A stretch of DNA of 64,000 bases from Trypanosoma brucei (lineage: Eukaryota), in NCBI GenBank assembly GCA_000002445.1, contig CP000067.1:384001-448000 (forward strand), read 5' to 3'. Under the pieces are notes generated by a model, which was given only the letters and a program-made list of their open reading frames with translations, did no database searches and was not told the DNA's origin. The translations under genes and the position numbers were made by a program. This document shows, in pieces, positions 1 through 9,394 of the stretch (the first letter of the stretch is position 1; the number at the start of each line of letters is the position of its first letter).

Positions 1-3000
1 CCTTGTTTGGTATTCCTCATTCGTTAGTTTCGCCTGCAGCTTGGCTTCCAGCTCCTGCGACTCCTGCGCTCGCTGCGATGCATCCATGGCAATAAGTGCC
101 ATGATACCGATCCCTCTATCGGAGTCCGCATCTGCCCACTGCTCAGGATGTGCGACATCTTCTTCTTCCACCATAGGCAGGCCATCCACCGCTTTGAGGA
201 TACGCTCCTTCTGAGAGTCGGTTAGCGACACGTTGGCAATGTGCTCTGGGTCAAGGTGGGGATGGGCACGAATGAGGTCCATTAGTGCTTGGAAGCCTTG
301 AACACCGCGGGAGAGTTTCGAGAAAAGGTCGTCAAATGCCGCCGGTTCATTAAAACGTGGTCCTGCGTCTCTGCCAGTTCCTACCCATGTTTTGCCATCT
401 TCATCCGTCACTTCGACGACGGTAAAGTGCTGCACGAACGACCCGCTGCGACGGTTTAAGTGCCGCACAAGTGGTGGTTGTAGTCCGAAGCAGACAGTGA
501 AGAGCTCGATAATACGGACCTTACCTTCATGAGAAAAGTCCTTGGACACCGGGTCCCAGTTCCCAAGGGACTTTTTACTCACCCGTGCAGTGCGGCGTAA
601 CACCGGAGCTTCCTCATCGAGCACTGCCGCAGGATCGACAAGATTAACTTTATCAACCACCTCTGCTTTAATCTGTTTCTCAAATTCAGCGAAATCTGGT
701 TCTACACGGCGCAGCAGCGCAAGGGCGTGCATTGCCGCCTGGCGTTGCGAGGCCTCTTTATTCCACGCTACGCCGCTAGCCCTTAAGTATTCGTGTCCCG
801 GGACCTCGATTGTGGTGAGACAAACTCTGCACGAAATGGGACCCACGGTGCGCGACTTCCAAAACGTCGGATAGTTCACGTTTGCAACATTGCAGTAACG
901 CTGCAACACTGTTTTTGCATCGGGATCGATCGGCATCGATTCAACTTCTGCAAGTGCAGCGTCGTAAGTTTCATCCCCAGTTCGGGGGGTCTTTCCCATC
1001 TCGTAGAAAATATTGTGCTCCCGCATCACATTAATCTCAATGTATCGTTGACATTCTTGAGCATACTGCTCCCAGTCCTGCCGCACATTCGTCGGAGGCG
1101 TCGGGTACTGCGGCTTCTCTTGCGTTGTTCCAAGTGTGAGGGGGAGCGGTGTGGGTGTGTGAGGCGGTTTCGTGGCATTTTCAGAAACGAGAGGCGCCCA
1201 TCGTCCGAGTCGCTTCACGCACTCGACATGCCTCCTTTGCAACATGGGGAGGTTATCGAAGAGACACAGCCCGACTGCATCTAATATCTGCTCTGCGTGC
1301 ATCCAGCATAGTATCTCAGCGTCGCGTTTGGTAAGTGCTGAACCGTGGGCAACCCTCTTTCCGTACACGTCAGGAAGCGGGAGCGTCAGCTCTGCAATGT
1401 GCAACACGTTACCAAGTCCCCGTAATTCCATGCGATATTCCGGCTCAAGCTTCGCTATCCCATTCCGCCTCAAGTAATAGTGCACTCGCGCTCGGGAGAC
1501 GAGGTCCAGGTCTTTCTCAGGTACAAACGTGTACTCCCGTCTTTCTTTGGGGGCAATTAGCGGCTCTTCGTCCTCACGCAGCGCGGACGTCGTTTCCTGG
1601 GAGTTCGCTGGCCCGCCCCCCTTTTGTACACTTATTGCTGCTCGTCTGCGTTTGGACTTGTTTTCCCAATGAATGGACCCCACTACCTCCCGGCGAAGAG
1701 GCGGAGGTGACGCGGTGGCAGCCGCAACGCTTTCAGAGTACTCAACGGGTGCATTTCGGCCACATTTGGCGCACAACCTGACATGTAGACGTTGCAGGGC
1801 GCTGTCTGTGTAAATGGGGATCCCTAAGGTGTCCAATATTAATTCCGCATGCATGGCCGCGAGGTTTTCCGCATCTTTCGGGTCAACTGCTTCACCTAAC
1901 GCGATGCGGTCGCCGAAGCGACGTGGTACGGGCAAATTCACGGCACACCGACAGATTGCCTGTCCCCCATTGTCCTCGGCCTCAATACGCTGAACAAAAA
2001 AAACCTCCTCTATTCGCCGCCCCACGGAGGCCAAATAGTTTTTGATGCGACTCTTAGAACCAAGGTCTACCTGACGAGGAGAGTACAGTGCTTGCTCGAA
2101 CTGCGTGCGCGTTTCTGGATCCGTGGGTGATACCATGATGTAGCCGTCCGGGCTATCCGGCTCCAGATTCCACAACTCCTTTGAAACTGTCTCCCGCATC
2201 TTGAGGTAACTTGTCGCTTCGTCTGAATCTGAATTAGCCGCATCTTTTTCTTCGGTCGGCTGCGCATCGGCCACTCGGGCCCTCTTAGCCACCCTCCGTT
2301 TGGTGTTTTGCGGGGCGGTAGGATCCGATGTACCGACATCCGGTGCGGCAGCAACGCTCCTCGCATTCGTTGAGGAAGATGGAGTTTGAGTAGAGGAATT
2401 TCCTGTAGCGACCCGCCGCCTCCCTGAGGGGCTTAACACATTGGGGTCTCGTGTGTCTGCTGGTACACTCTCACCGCGGGCCCTGCGCGCGGCAATCCAC
2501 TCGGCGCGCGCCGTACTTCCATCCATGAGGTGAAACCCAAGTATATTTAAGACGTCTATGGCATGCATGGCCGCTAAAACACGTGCATCCGTTGCATTCA
2601 TGGCTATGCCGACGCCACCCCGTATGCCATACAAATCGGGTAAGGGTAGCACCACAGTGGCCTTGTAATACCCGTTTACCTCCTCAACCAAAAAGGGATC
2701 GGTCCTCGGAACATTTTCTCTCTGCAGAAACTGTTTCAGCTGTTCCACCGCCGACGAGTCGAGGGTCGGTGTCTCTATAAATTCGCACGTTTGGTCCGTC
2801 AGTGCGCGGTGCCGTCGAATGATATCCTCTTCGTAACTTATGCATGAAATGCGGTCTTCGCGCCGTACTGCCAGCTGTTTAAGTGGTAGGGGGCAGACAA
2901 CATGTGAGGGGTTCTTCTGATCTTCTCCTGGCAATGGGGCGGGCCGCCCGTAGCTCCAGGCTGCCAGCGCATGCTGCTTCTGTTTTGTGGAGTCGGAAGG

Positions 3001-4008
3001 ATAGAGACATATGGAGTGGGCATCGAGGACAAGCTCCGCGTGCATGCAGGCGAGTGTCACGGCAGCTTCGCGATTTAGCGCCTTTCCTTGCGCTTTGATT
3101 TCACTAAATGTTGATAACTCAGGTGGTAAGGAGACGGTGGCTACATACCAGGACTGACCACCACCTTCCCCTGGTTCCTCCACCGACGTGCAGAGCTGAG
3201 CAAAGGAAAGCTTGTGCTCATCCAAAAATGATTTAATGCGGTGAACTGCTGTTGTGTCAAACAAACACGGCGACAGTAATGTGTGACTGGGAGAGATGTA
3301 ATGGTTCGGCCGCATGTCAATTAAAAGCCATTTACCACCCTCGGTCTCGTCACGATCAACAATACGGCGGAGTGGAAGGGGTACGCGGACAGGCGATTGG
3401 GTCCTCTCAAGTTCGTCTGGCAAGGGGGCCCACCGGCCTGCCTTCCGAGCAGCCTCCGCATGTTTCCGTTGCATTGACGGCAGCGTGTAAATGTGATAGC
3501 CGAACTCGTCAATTATGTGCTCAGCATGCATTGCTGCAAGGAGTTCAGCGTCTTTACTATTGCACGCAACGCCATGAGCCCACAGTTCCCCTGTGTGGCT
3601 CCGAAAAGGTAGTCGAACACGGCTATGGTAGAGTGGCGTACCATTGTCGTTAACGATCTCTCGGCCCTCAAAAACTTCACTGCTACTGGTAACTGCTCCT
3701 TGGGAGAAACGTTTGATGAAACTGACTACCCGAGCACGGGAAAATGTGTCCACGTGCTTTGTGTCTTTAAAGCATTCCGGAAACTCACTGCTACCGTCAA
3801 AGGAGAAATCTTCCTTCCTAGTCTCCCCAAACGCCCTGTCTGACTCGTCAGTGGCTTCCACAAGGGAAACCTCGCCGGGGGTAATTTCCTGCGTTTGAAA
3901 CAGTCGCACCGGAAGCACCACGGGGCTCAGTGTGACAGACCGGAAAGGCCCTAGGTAGCGACACGCAACAGTTAGTCGTATGGCCCGCATAATATCCCCC
4001 TTCTGCAT
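1..4008 (-). CDS. Partial CDS (start codon present, 3' end runs off window start; 1336 codons visible). It encodes a mitochondrial-presequence protein with six tandem dsRNA-binding-domain (dsRBD) modules. Probably the N-terminal non-helicase half of a REH2-like mitochondrial DExH RNA-editing helicase.
   Basis: I manually translated the reverse complement from the ATG at 4008..4006 (MQKGDIMRAIRLTVACRYLGPFRSV...) and found no in-frame stop down to nt 1. The frame ends on a complete codon (...SQELEAKLQAKLTNEEYQTR). The ORF track lacks it only because no stop lies in the window. The N-terminus is Arg-rich and amphipathic. The dsRBD alpha2 signature recurs six times (KDAELLAAMHAEHIIDEFG, AAVTLACMHAELVLDAH, TDARVLAAMHAIDVLNILG, KDAENLAAMHAELILDTLG, KRDAEILCWMHAEQILDAVG, ASQRQAAMHALALLRRV). 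Each is preceded by alpha1-beta1-beta2-beta3 elements such as LPLPDVYGKRVAHGSALT. The REH2 assignment rests on recollection of gene order, not on a search. Confidence 0.75.
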   Translation of the reverse strand, partial: MQKGDIMRAIRLTVACRYLGPFRSVTLSPVVLPVRLFQTQEITPGEVSLVEATDESDRAFGETRKEDFSFDGSSEFPECFKDTKHVDTFSRARVVSFIKRFSQGAVTSSSEVFEGREIVNDNGTPLYHSRVRLPFRSHTGELWAHGVACNSKDAELLAAMHAEHIIDEFGYHIYTLPSMQRKHAEAARKAGRWAPLPDELERTQSPVRVPLPLRRIVDRDETEGGKWLLIDMRPNHYISPSHTLLSPCLFDTTAVHRIKSFLDEHKLSFAQLCTSVEEPGEGGGQSWYVATVSLPPELSTFSEIKAQGKALNREAAVTLACMHAELVLDAHSICLYPSDSTKQKQHALAAWSYGRPAPLPGEDQKNPSHVVCPLPLKQLAVRREDRISCISYEEDIIRRHRALTDQTCEFIETPTLDSSAVEQLKQFLQRENVPRTDPFLVEEVNGYYKATVVLPLPDLYGIRGGVGIAMNATDARVLAAMHAIDVLNILGFHLMDGSTARAEWIAARRARGESVPADTRDPNVLSPSGRRRVATGNSSTQTPSSSTNARSVAAAPDVGTSDPTAPQNTKRRVAKRARVADAQPTEEKDAANSDSDEATSYLKMRETVSKELWNLEPDSPDGYIMVSPTDPETRTQFEQALYSPRQVDLGSKSRIKNYLASVGRRIEEVFFVQRIEAEDNGGQAICRCAVNLPVPRRFGDRIALGEAVDPKDAENLAAMHAELILDTLGIPIYTDSALQRLHVRLCAKCGRNAPVEYSESVAAATASPPPLRREVVGSIHWENKSKRRRAAISVQKGGGPANSQETTSALREDEEPLIAPKERREYTFVPEKDLDLVSRARVHYYLRRNGIAKLEPEYRMELRGLGNVLHIAELTLPLPDVYGKRVAHGSALTKRDAEILCWMHAEQILDAVGLCLFDNLPMLQRRHVECVKRLGRWAPLVSENATKPPHTPTPLPLTLGTTQEKPQYPTPPTNVRQDWEQYAQECQRYIEINVMREHNIFYEMGKTPRTGDETYDAALAEVESMPIDPDAKTVLQRYCNVANVNYPTFWKSRTVGPISCRVCLTTIEVPGHEYLRASGVAWNKEASQRQAAMHALALLRRVEPDFAEFEKQIKAEVVDKVNLVDPAAVLDEEAPVLRRTARVSKKSLGNWDPVSKDFSHEGKVRIIELFTVCFGLQPPLVRHLNRRSGSFVQHFTVVEVTDEDGKTWVGTGRDAGPRFNEPAAFDDLFSKLSRGVQGFQALMDLIRAHPHLDPEHIANVSLTDSQKERILKAVDGLPMVEEEDVAHPEQWADADSDRGIGIMALIAMDASQRAQESQELEAKLQAKLTNEEYQTR

Positions 4009-4958
4009 ACATTATTCGAAGATGTCGGTAAAAGCACGCGGAAAAAAATGCTACATGAAATCAAAACTGATCAGAATGTTCAACAAGACATGGATCAGCT
4101 ACCAACACAGCCGCACATCACGTCGGCAGCAATAACAAACTAACACACGTTAGGACACACAATGTTAGAAGCACACGCAGAAGCAAAAAAGTAAAGGAAT
4201 AATAAAGAAAACAGGGAGCCAGGCATCCCCAAGATGACAATACGATCCATGGCGATCACGGGCACGGGGGCGAATTTCCACTCCACCCCCGCCCCACACG
4301 ATACCTCCATTTACGACCGCTGCGGAGGGGCCCAAGTGTACCGCGTGTCCACGGCTGCAGTCACACTTTGGTCCAGTAAAACCATTTAAGGTTTACCCCT
4401 TCCCAACAATATAACAAGTATTCACTAACTTCACCCCCTCCCTTCCTTTTTTTTTCGGGGAAAGGAACGAGAGAGAGAGAGAGCTGCCTAATTAGTACCG
4501 CGAGTCGTTCCCCCCTCCCGAAGCACCCTTCTCTTGCGATACCGTGTTTTACCTCGTCTTTTATTTTTCCCTTATTCCAATATTGGGGTCCCATTTATCA
4601 AGCACACCTTATGCACGCGCAGTGATATGCGCGCTAGGGGAAAAAAATATCATCATCCCCATTGGACGGACGTGCGCTAATTTCACCCGGCCACGGCTCC
4701 GGAAGAGTTCCATGCGTGAGTCTTCGGCAGCACCTCAGTAATCAACCAGTTCGAAAAGGAGACGACTGTTGTCGCCATCTTTCCTTCTTTCCACATGTAT
4801 TTATGTGCGTGCACGCGTTTGAGTCCTGCACAGCGCCGTGGGGATGTGACCACCCGGTTTTTCACTTGGTGAGACACGATACCAAATGATTCAAAAAAGA
4901 AAAACCAGCGCGGGGTCTGGGCAGTGATCACAATTAGCATGCACGTTCAGGCCACAAC

Positions 4959-7900
4959 TCACTTCATCCGCGCGTTGGACAAAATGTAAGTGTCCAATAG
5001 GCGTATAAGGTAGATTGGAATCACAATCGCAAGAGAAATCACAAACACTTGCCACGCACAGCTCCACGAAAATAAATAATCTTGATCAATCATGTCTGGA
5101 AGAAGCAAAACTGCCAATAGAAAAGTGACAATCGAGAAGCATTCGGCTGCCACAAAGTAGTAAAGGTGCTTTCGGCGCTGTGTCCACAGGATTCTGAGAT
5201 GCAGAGTGCCCGCTACAATGACGAGTTCGGTCAGAAGCAGTGTTGTGTACGCCACAGTTGTGATCTGAAACATTTCCTTACCAAATAGAGCAAGAGCAAG
5301 ATATATCATCGTGCCGCCCTGGAACACAGAGATCCACAACCACTGCAGGTACGAGCGCGTATTCATTGACCGGGACTTCAATAGTTCTTTGTACAATTGT
5401 GGAAATTCACGAACATCACCTTCCTTCACATCCTCATCGAGGACCAAGGCAAACACAGGAGCCATCGTAAAAATGGTGGAATATCCCATAAGAAGATACC
5501 CATTGAAGACGGACATGGAGGTGCCAGCGAAAAGTAGCGAATAAAAGGCCTGCACAACTGAATAGGCCATACCTCTGTGTATCACGAACTGGCTCATATT
5601 GCACGTGCGTCGGTAAGAGCTTCGACCATGCCACATAATGAGTCGCACGCAGTGTGAAAACTTTGCAATGGAGAAGTCCGCCGCCATACTGGCCTGCTTT
5701 CCTTCAACGCCTTCAACACCAATGCCCACATCCGCAGCAAGTATCATCCCTACGTCGTTTCCACCATCACCAATGGCCGCTGTGCGTATGTTCCTCGATG
5801 TAAACTTTTTCATAGTCCGTACAACCTCTGCTTTTTGCGTAGGAGAGCAGCGGGATACGATGACAGAGTAGGCTAATCGTGCCACCCGCACAAAGGTTTT
5901 TGATGTGGCTTTGGTGAGACACATGGAGAGGCGACCGCCATCCAACACAAGCGTCCAAGGTACGTCGAGAGGTGCATCGTTCATCGAATTATAGTATTGA
6001 AGATAGAGGGAATCCAAATATCTCTGAGTTTCCTCCTCAGTGCGGCATGACATCACCTCGATCTTGCCGTGCCGTGGAATCAGACGAGTGGCTCGGCCAA
6101 TTGTAATCGCCGTTTCCACCTTGTCTCCCGTCAGAACCCACACTTTGATGCCACCCATTCCCAGTGTCTCGAGCGATGTAGTAACATCGTCCTGTAGTTC
6201 ATCTTCCACGCCTGTCACACCAATCAGTTTCATATCGCGTTCAATAAGAGCCATGGCCGCGTCCAGTAAACTGTCCCGTGCCTCGCTCAAGTCCGCATTT
6301 GCCTCATCGTACCGCGCGAGGAAAGTGTCCACTTGTTCCTTTGTCAGCTGCCGTTGGGCAAAGACGAGCGTTCGAAGGCCAACCTGTGCAAACTCTTGGC
6401 AACTCTCCTCTAGCCAACTGGAAGATCTAACCACAGAGGTCATCTTAAAGTCCGCGCCCTTCATGAAATATTTGTACACACCGTCAGAATTTGCTCCGCA
6501 TGAAACGCTCTCGCTGTCAACCTTTTCACGCAGAATGATTCCCATGCACTTGCGCTCAGAGGTAAATGGGAACGTTTTGATTATGTCATAATGTACCAAC
6601 CTCCCACCCGGTGTGGTAAACTGCATGCAGGTGACGTCCCGGTGGGTGAGGGTGACGCCCAGCGACCTGCAGAAGTTGACAAAGGCGACTTCATCCGGCG
6701 AAGATGCCTGATACTGAAGGCAACCATCTTCCACCACCGGCGTTACGTTGTGGCACAGGACAAGAGAGACAATGGCCTCACCAACCGAGGTCACGTCCCG
6801 TGTGAAGTTTCGCTGCGTCGAGTGACTGTTTATTTTACCGCTGTCCACTGTATTGGTCCCTCTGGGAACATAATTCTCCCCAAAGTACGCGGCTATGCTG
6901 CTCTGGAAGCGATCTACTTCGTGGTAATTCAGCACCGTATCACTGCCCACCTGGATAAAGCGAAAGTTCATGATGTTCTTCGTCAGTGTCCCAGTCTTAT
7001 CAGCGAAAAGATACTGCAGCCTCCCAAGTTCCTCCGGTATGTTTGTGTTACGCGCAACTGTGCCGGGTATTTTGTCATCTTTCCCAATAACATACGCATA
7101 CCAAATACGTCCCACATCCACGTTCACCCGCATAGAAATGGGTATTATGCTCGACAGAAGAATGAGGAACCGGAAGAACATAGTCAGCCAACTTCCCTCG
7201 AAGTGCTGTTGCACCACAAGCAGAAACGATATCAGTACCAACACAGAAAGACACAACACACCGAGGTAATTTAGTTCATGCTCAATGAGTCCAACCTTTG
7301 TGGAGTGCTTGGAACGGTTCATTGCGCTGCGTGTATCGACCCCTGTATGCAGCACAGCGACGGCAAGTGTGCCTGAGGCCACCACGCAGTGGGCCCAAAG
7401 TGTATTTTGCAATGAGATAGCCTCTGACTCTTTCCCGGGGATGTCAAACGCGCCAACAAACTTGTAGATATCCTTGTGCAGGGGTTCGCATCGTATGTTC
7501 GCCCGCAACTGGCTGAGAGAAACATTATTGAGTGTCTGAGTCCCCTTCAGCGCGTAACGTAACTTCCAGTCGGTCTCACCATCCATCTGGTCGGTTCGAA
7601 TGAAACACGTCCCGCATGCCTCGGATGTTCGAAGCAACACACAATCAGCGGGGATGCGCTGTCCATGGTGCAGAATAAGTATATCTCCCACCTGGATCTC
7701 GGCCGCAGTTATGACGCTAACTTCACCATTGAGCAGCAGCTTTTCCACTTTCTCCTCGTTGATTGTTTTGTCTCTTTGATAACGCTGGATGTCGTCCACT
7801 GCATCCTTAATGAGCGAGAGAATCACCACCAATGCGAGTGGAGAGATGTACGTGAAAAGGAAACCAACCTTCAACGCATCCACAAACTGTGTAAGGGTTA

Positions 7901-8285
7901 GGAACAAATAGAAGCTGTTGAAGAACGGCCTAAACTGGTGGAACAGAGAGAGTGGCAAGAAGGTGATAATGGAGTACCGGCGGTTATTGACCGCATTCCG
8001 AGGATAGCCTGCCGCAGTCCAAACATGCGGCGCACACCCCAGGGGAATTGTTCGTGGTTCGCCCTCGCATGCTGTCTCCATGTTGAGCCATCGCTTGATG
8101 ACCATCCGCTGGCTGCGCTTTTTGATTGGTGGAACCGGGCATGGTGTTACCTCTTCCATTGTACTCATGGAACAACAGCTATCGTTCTCTACTTCTGGCA
8201 TTGGTATGTCTTCACCATTGTATTTAGGAAGATGCGCACCAACAGGGTATGATACCCGACCATATTGTGAAAGAAAAACAAACAA
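4959..8285 (-). CDS. P4-type ATPase, phospholipid-transporting flippase (aminophospholipid translocase family)
   Basis: 1108 aa. It has the P-type phosphorylation motif DKTGTLT, the hinge motif GDGGNDVGMI and a TGDK nucleotide-binding motif. About 10 predicted TM helices sit in the P4 arrangement with a large cytoplasmic loop. Called from the ORF track. Confidence 0.9.
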   Translation of the reverse strand: MFVFLSQYGRVSYPVGAHLPKYNGEDIPMPEVENDSCCSMSTMEEVTPCPVPPIKKRSQRMVIKRWLNMETACEGEPRTIPLGCAPHVWTAAGYPRNAVNNRRYSIITFLPLSLFHQFRPFFNSFYLFLTLTQFVDALKVGFLFTYISPLALVVILSLIKDAVDDIQRYQRDKTINEEKVEKLLLNGEVSVITAAEIQVGDILILHHGQRIPADCVLLRTSEACGTCFIRTDQMDGETDWKLRYALKGTQTLNNVSLSQLRANIRCEPLHKDIYKFVGAFDIPGKESEAISLQNTLWAHCVVASGTLAVAVLHTGVDTRSAMNRSKHSTKVGLIEHELNYLGVLCLSVLVLISFLLVVQQHFEGSWLTMFFRFLILLSSIIPISMRVNVDVGRIWYAYVIGKDDKIPGTVARNTNIPEELGRLQYLFADKTGTLTKNIMNFRFIQVGSDTVLNYHEVDRFQSSIAAYFGENYVPRGTNTVDSGKINSHSTQRNFTRDVTSVGEAIVSLVLCHNVTPVVEDGCLQYQASSPDEVAFVNFCRSLGVTLTHRDVTCMQFTTPGGRLVHYDIIKTFPFTSERKCMGIILREKVDSESVSCGANSDGVYKYFMKGADFKMTSVVRSSSWLEESCQEFAQVGLRTLVFAQRQLTKEQVDTFLARYDEANADLSEARDSLLDAAMALIERDMKLIGVTGVEDELQDDVTTSLETLGMGGIKVWVLTGDKVETAITIGRATRLIPRHGKIEVMSCRTEEETQRYLDSLYLQYYNSMNDAPLDVPWTLVLDGGRLSMCLTKATSKTFVRVARLAYSVIVSRCSPTQKAEVVRTMKKFTSRNIRTAAIGDGGNDVGMILAADVGIGVEGVEGKQASMAADFSIAKFSHCVRLIMWHGRSSYRRTCNMSQFVIHRGMAYSVVQAFYSLLFAGTSMSVFNGYLLMGYSTIFTMAPVFALVLDEDVKEGDVREFPQLYKELLKSRSMNTRSYLQWLWISVFQGGTMIYLALALFGKEMFQITTVAYTTLLLTELVIVAGTLHLRILWTQRRKHLYYFVAAECFSIVTFLLAVLLLPDMIDQDYLFSWSCAWQVFVISLAIVIPIYLIRLLDTYILSNARMK

Positions 8286-8498
8286 AGTGTGTGGGAAAAG
8301 TGCCGAGTAGTAGAGATATCAAAGCTTTCGGTATGCACCCACAAAAGAAAGTACGCATACGTAAGTGACGGTGAGAATTTTTCAAGGTCAAAAACGATCC
8401 AATTCTCCAACGACGGGGGGGGGGGGGAAATGACAAAAGCACGAAAGACGTCAGCTGCTTCAGGAGTGCGGGAAAAGCGACCCATATCAACTCTTCAA
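8286..8498 (-). promoter_or_regulatory. Short (213 nt) intergenic spacer with a polyY tract, including a C13 run on the transcribed strand. Presumptive poly(A)/SL-addition region between two genes.
   Basis: The plus strand is purine-rich, with a G13 homopolymer at 8415-8427. It is the only sequence between the 8499..9119 and 4959..8285 CDSs. Confidence 0.4.
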
Positions 8499-9119
8499 TT
8501 ACTTGTGAAGTCCTTCGGGTTCCTCTTCCTCCTCAACCACATCACCTCCCGTTGGGGCGGAGAGCTTAGTGAACTCGCTAAACTTCACCTTACTATAGTT
8601 TGGTGAGATAAGCGCTATGTATCCCTCAGCTGTGGGCGCATCCAGGAGCAAGTTGGGGTGCTGTTGAAGTGCCGAATTCAACTCCAGGACAAAACCATCA
8701 ACACATGCAGGGATGTGGTAGACGGTGCCGTCCGACATCGTGATGATGCATATTTTCGTGTCGACTTGACACACCGCAGCTTGTTTTTTCCGCTTACCGA
8801 CAACATGAATGCTTCCTGACGACAGTTGTGAGTTTCCCCGACCCGAGCCAAACACAACGGAGGCTACATTCGTTTCCACAGCCCCGGCGCTACTCTTGGC
8901 AGCCCTAACCACTCTATGGGTTTCATCAAGGCACAATACGCATATGCCGTTGCTGTGAACCAACAGCCGGCAGTTGTTGCCCTCAACGCCTTTGCAGTTC
9001 TTCACAACGTACTGATGGTAGTATCGCTCGGTGAAGTAATCAAAGGTCGACGGCTTGGGGGCTGCTGCACAAGCCACTCCGACGGGGTTCATCAACTTGA
9101 TCCAAGCAACAAACGCCAA
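8499..9119 (-). CDS. Conserved hypothetical protein, 206 aa, acidic C-terminus. Possibly a glycine-cleavage H-protein-like (Abitram/FAM206-like) fold.
   Basis: Clean ORF in the same orientation as its neighbours, spaced 213 nt upstream of the flippase gene. The motif VYHIPACVDGFVLELN and its overall size weakly resemble GCV-H-like proteins. No diagnostic catalytic motif. Confidence 0.5.
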   Translation of the reverse strand: MAFVAWIKLMNPVGVACAAAPKPSTFDYFTERYYHQYVVKNCKGVEGNNCRLLVHSNGICVLCLDETHRVVRAAKSSAGAVETNVASVVFGSGRGNSQLSSGSIHVVGKRKKQAAVCQVDTKICIITMSDGTVYHIPACVDGFVLELNSALQQHPNLLLDAPTAEGYIALISPNYSKVKFSEFTKLSAPTGGDVVEEEEEPEGLHK

Positions 9120-9394
9120 ACGAACAACATAAAATGAGAAAAACGTGGGAAAGAAGGATGGAAGAACAAAACGGGTGATGCCGTGGTAAAAACCAACGGC
9201 TTCTACAAACTACGGGCTATGTATATGCAAACATGCGGCGCAAAAAAAAAAATTGTTCCGTCGTGTGGAGAAGGGAGCCCCGTATTGATGAACTGTGACC
9301 TTAACCCCAGTAGACGTAAAAGGGGTTGAATCGATATCAAACTGAAGGTGACCGGTGAGTTGCTGAGCCTAGAAACTAACTCCACTGAAGCTCA

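Noticed and set aside
4009-4958. Possible C/D snoRNA (ATGATGA on the minus strand near 4650-4665)
   Set aside because: There is no D box (CTGA) at an appropriate distance, no terminal stem and no tandem repeat structure typical of trypanosome snoRNA clusters.
6591-7274. Plus-strand ORFs of 180-230 aa (e.g. 6040..6591, 6591..7274, 46269..46838, 51737..52342, 18896..19399)
   Set aside because: All lie antisense inside long, well-supported minus-strand genes (flippase, beta-helix protein, CK1 kinase). They translate to Ser/Arg/Cys-rich low-complexity peptides. They are shadow ORFs of GC-balanced coding sequence.
7593-7603. tRNA-like T-loop string ggttcgaatga
   Set aside because: It lies inside the flippase CDS. 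It has no surrounding acceptor/anticodon stem complementarity and no A/B box context.
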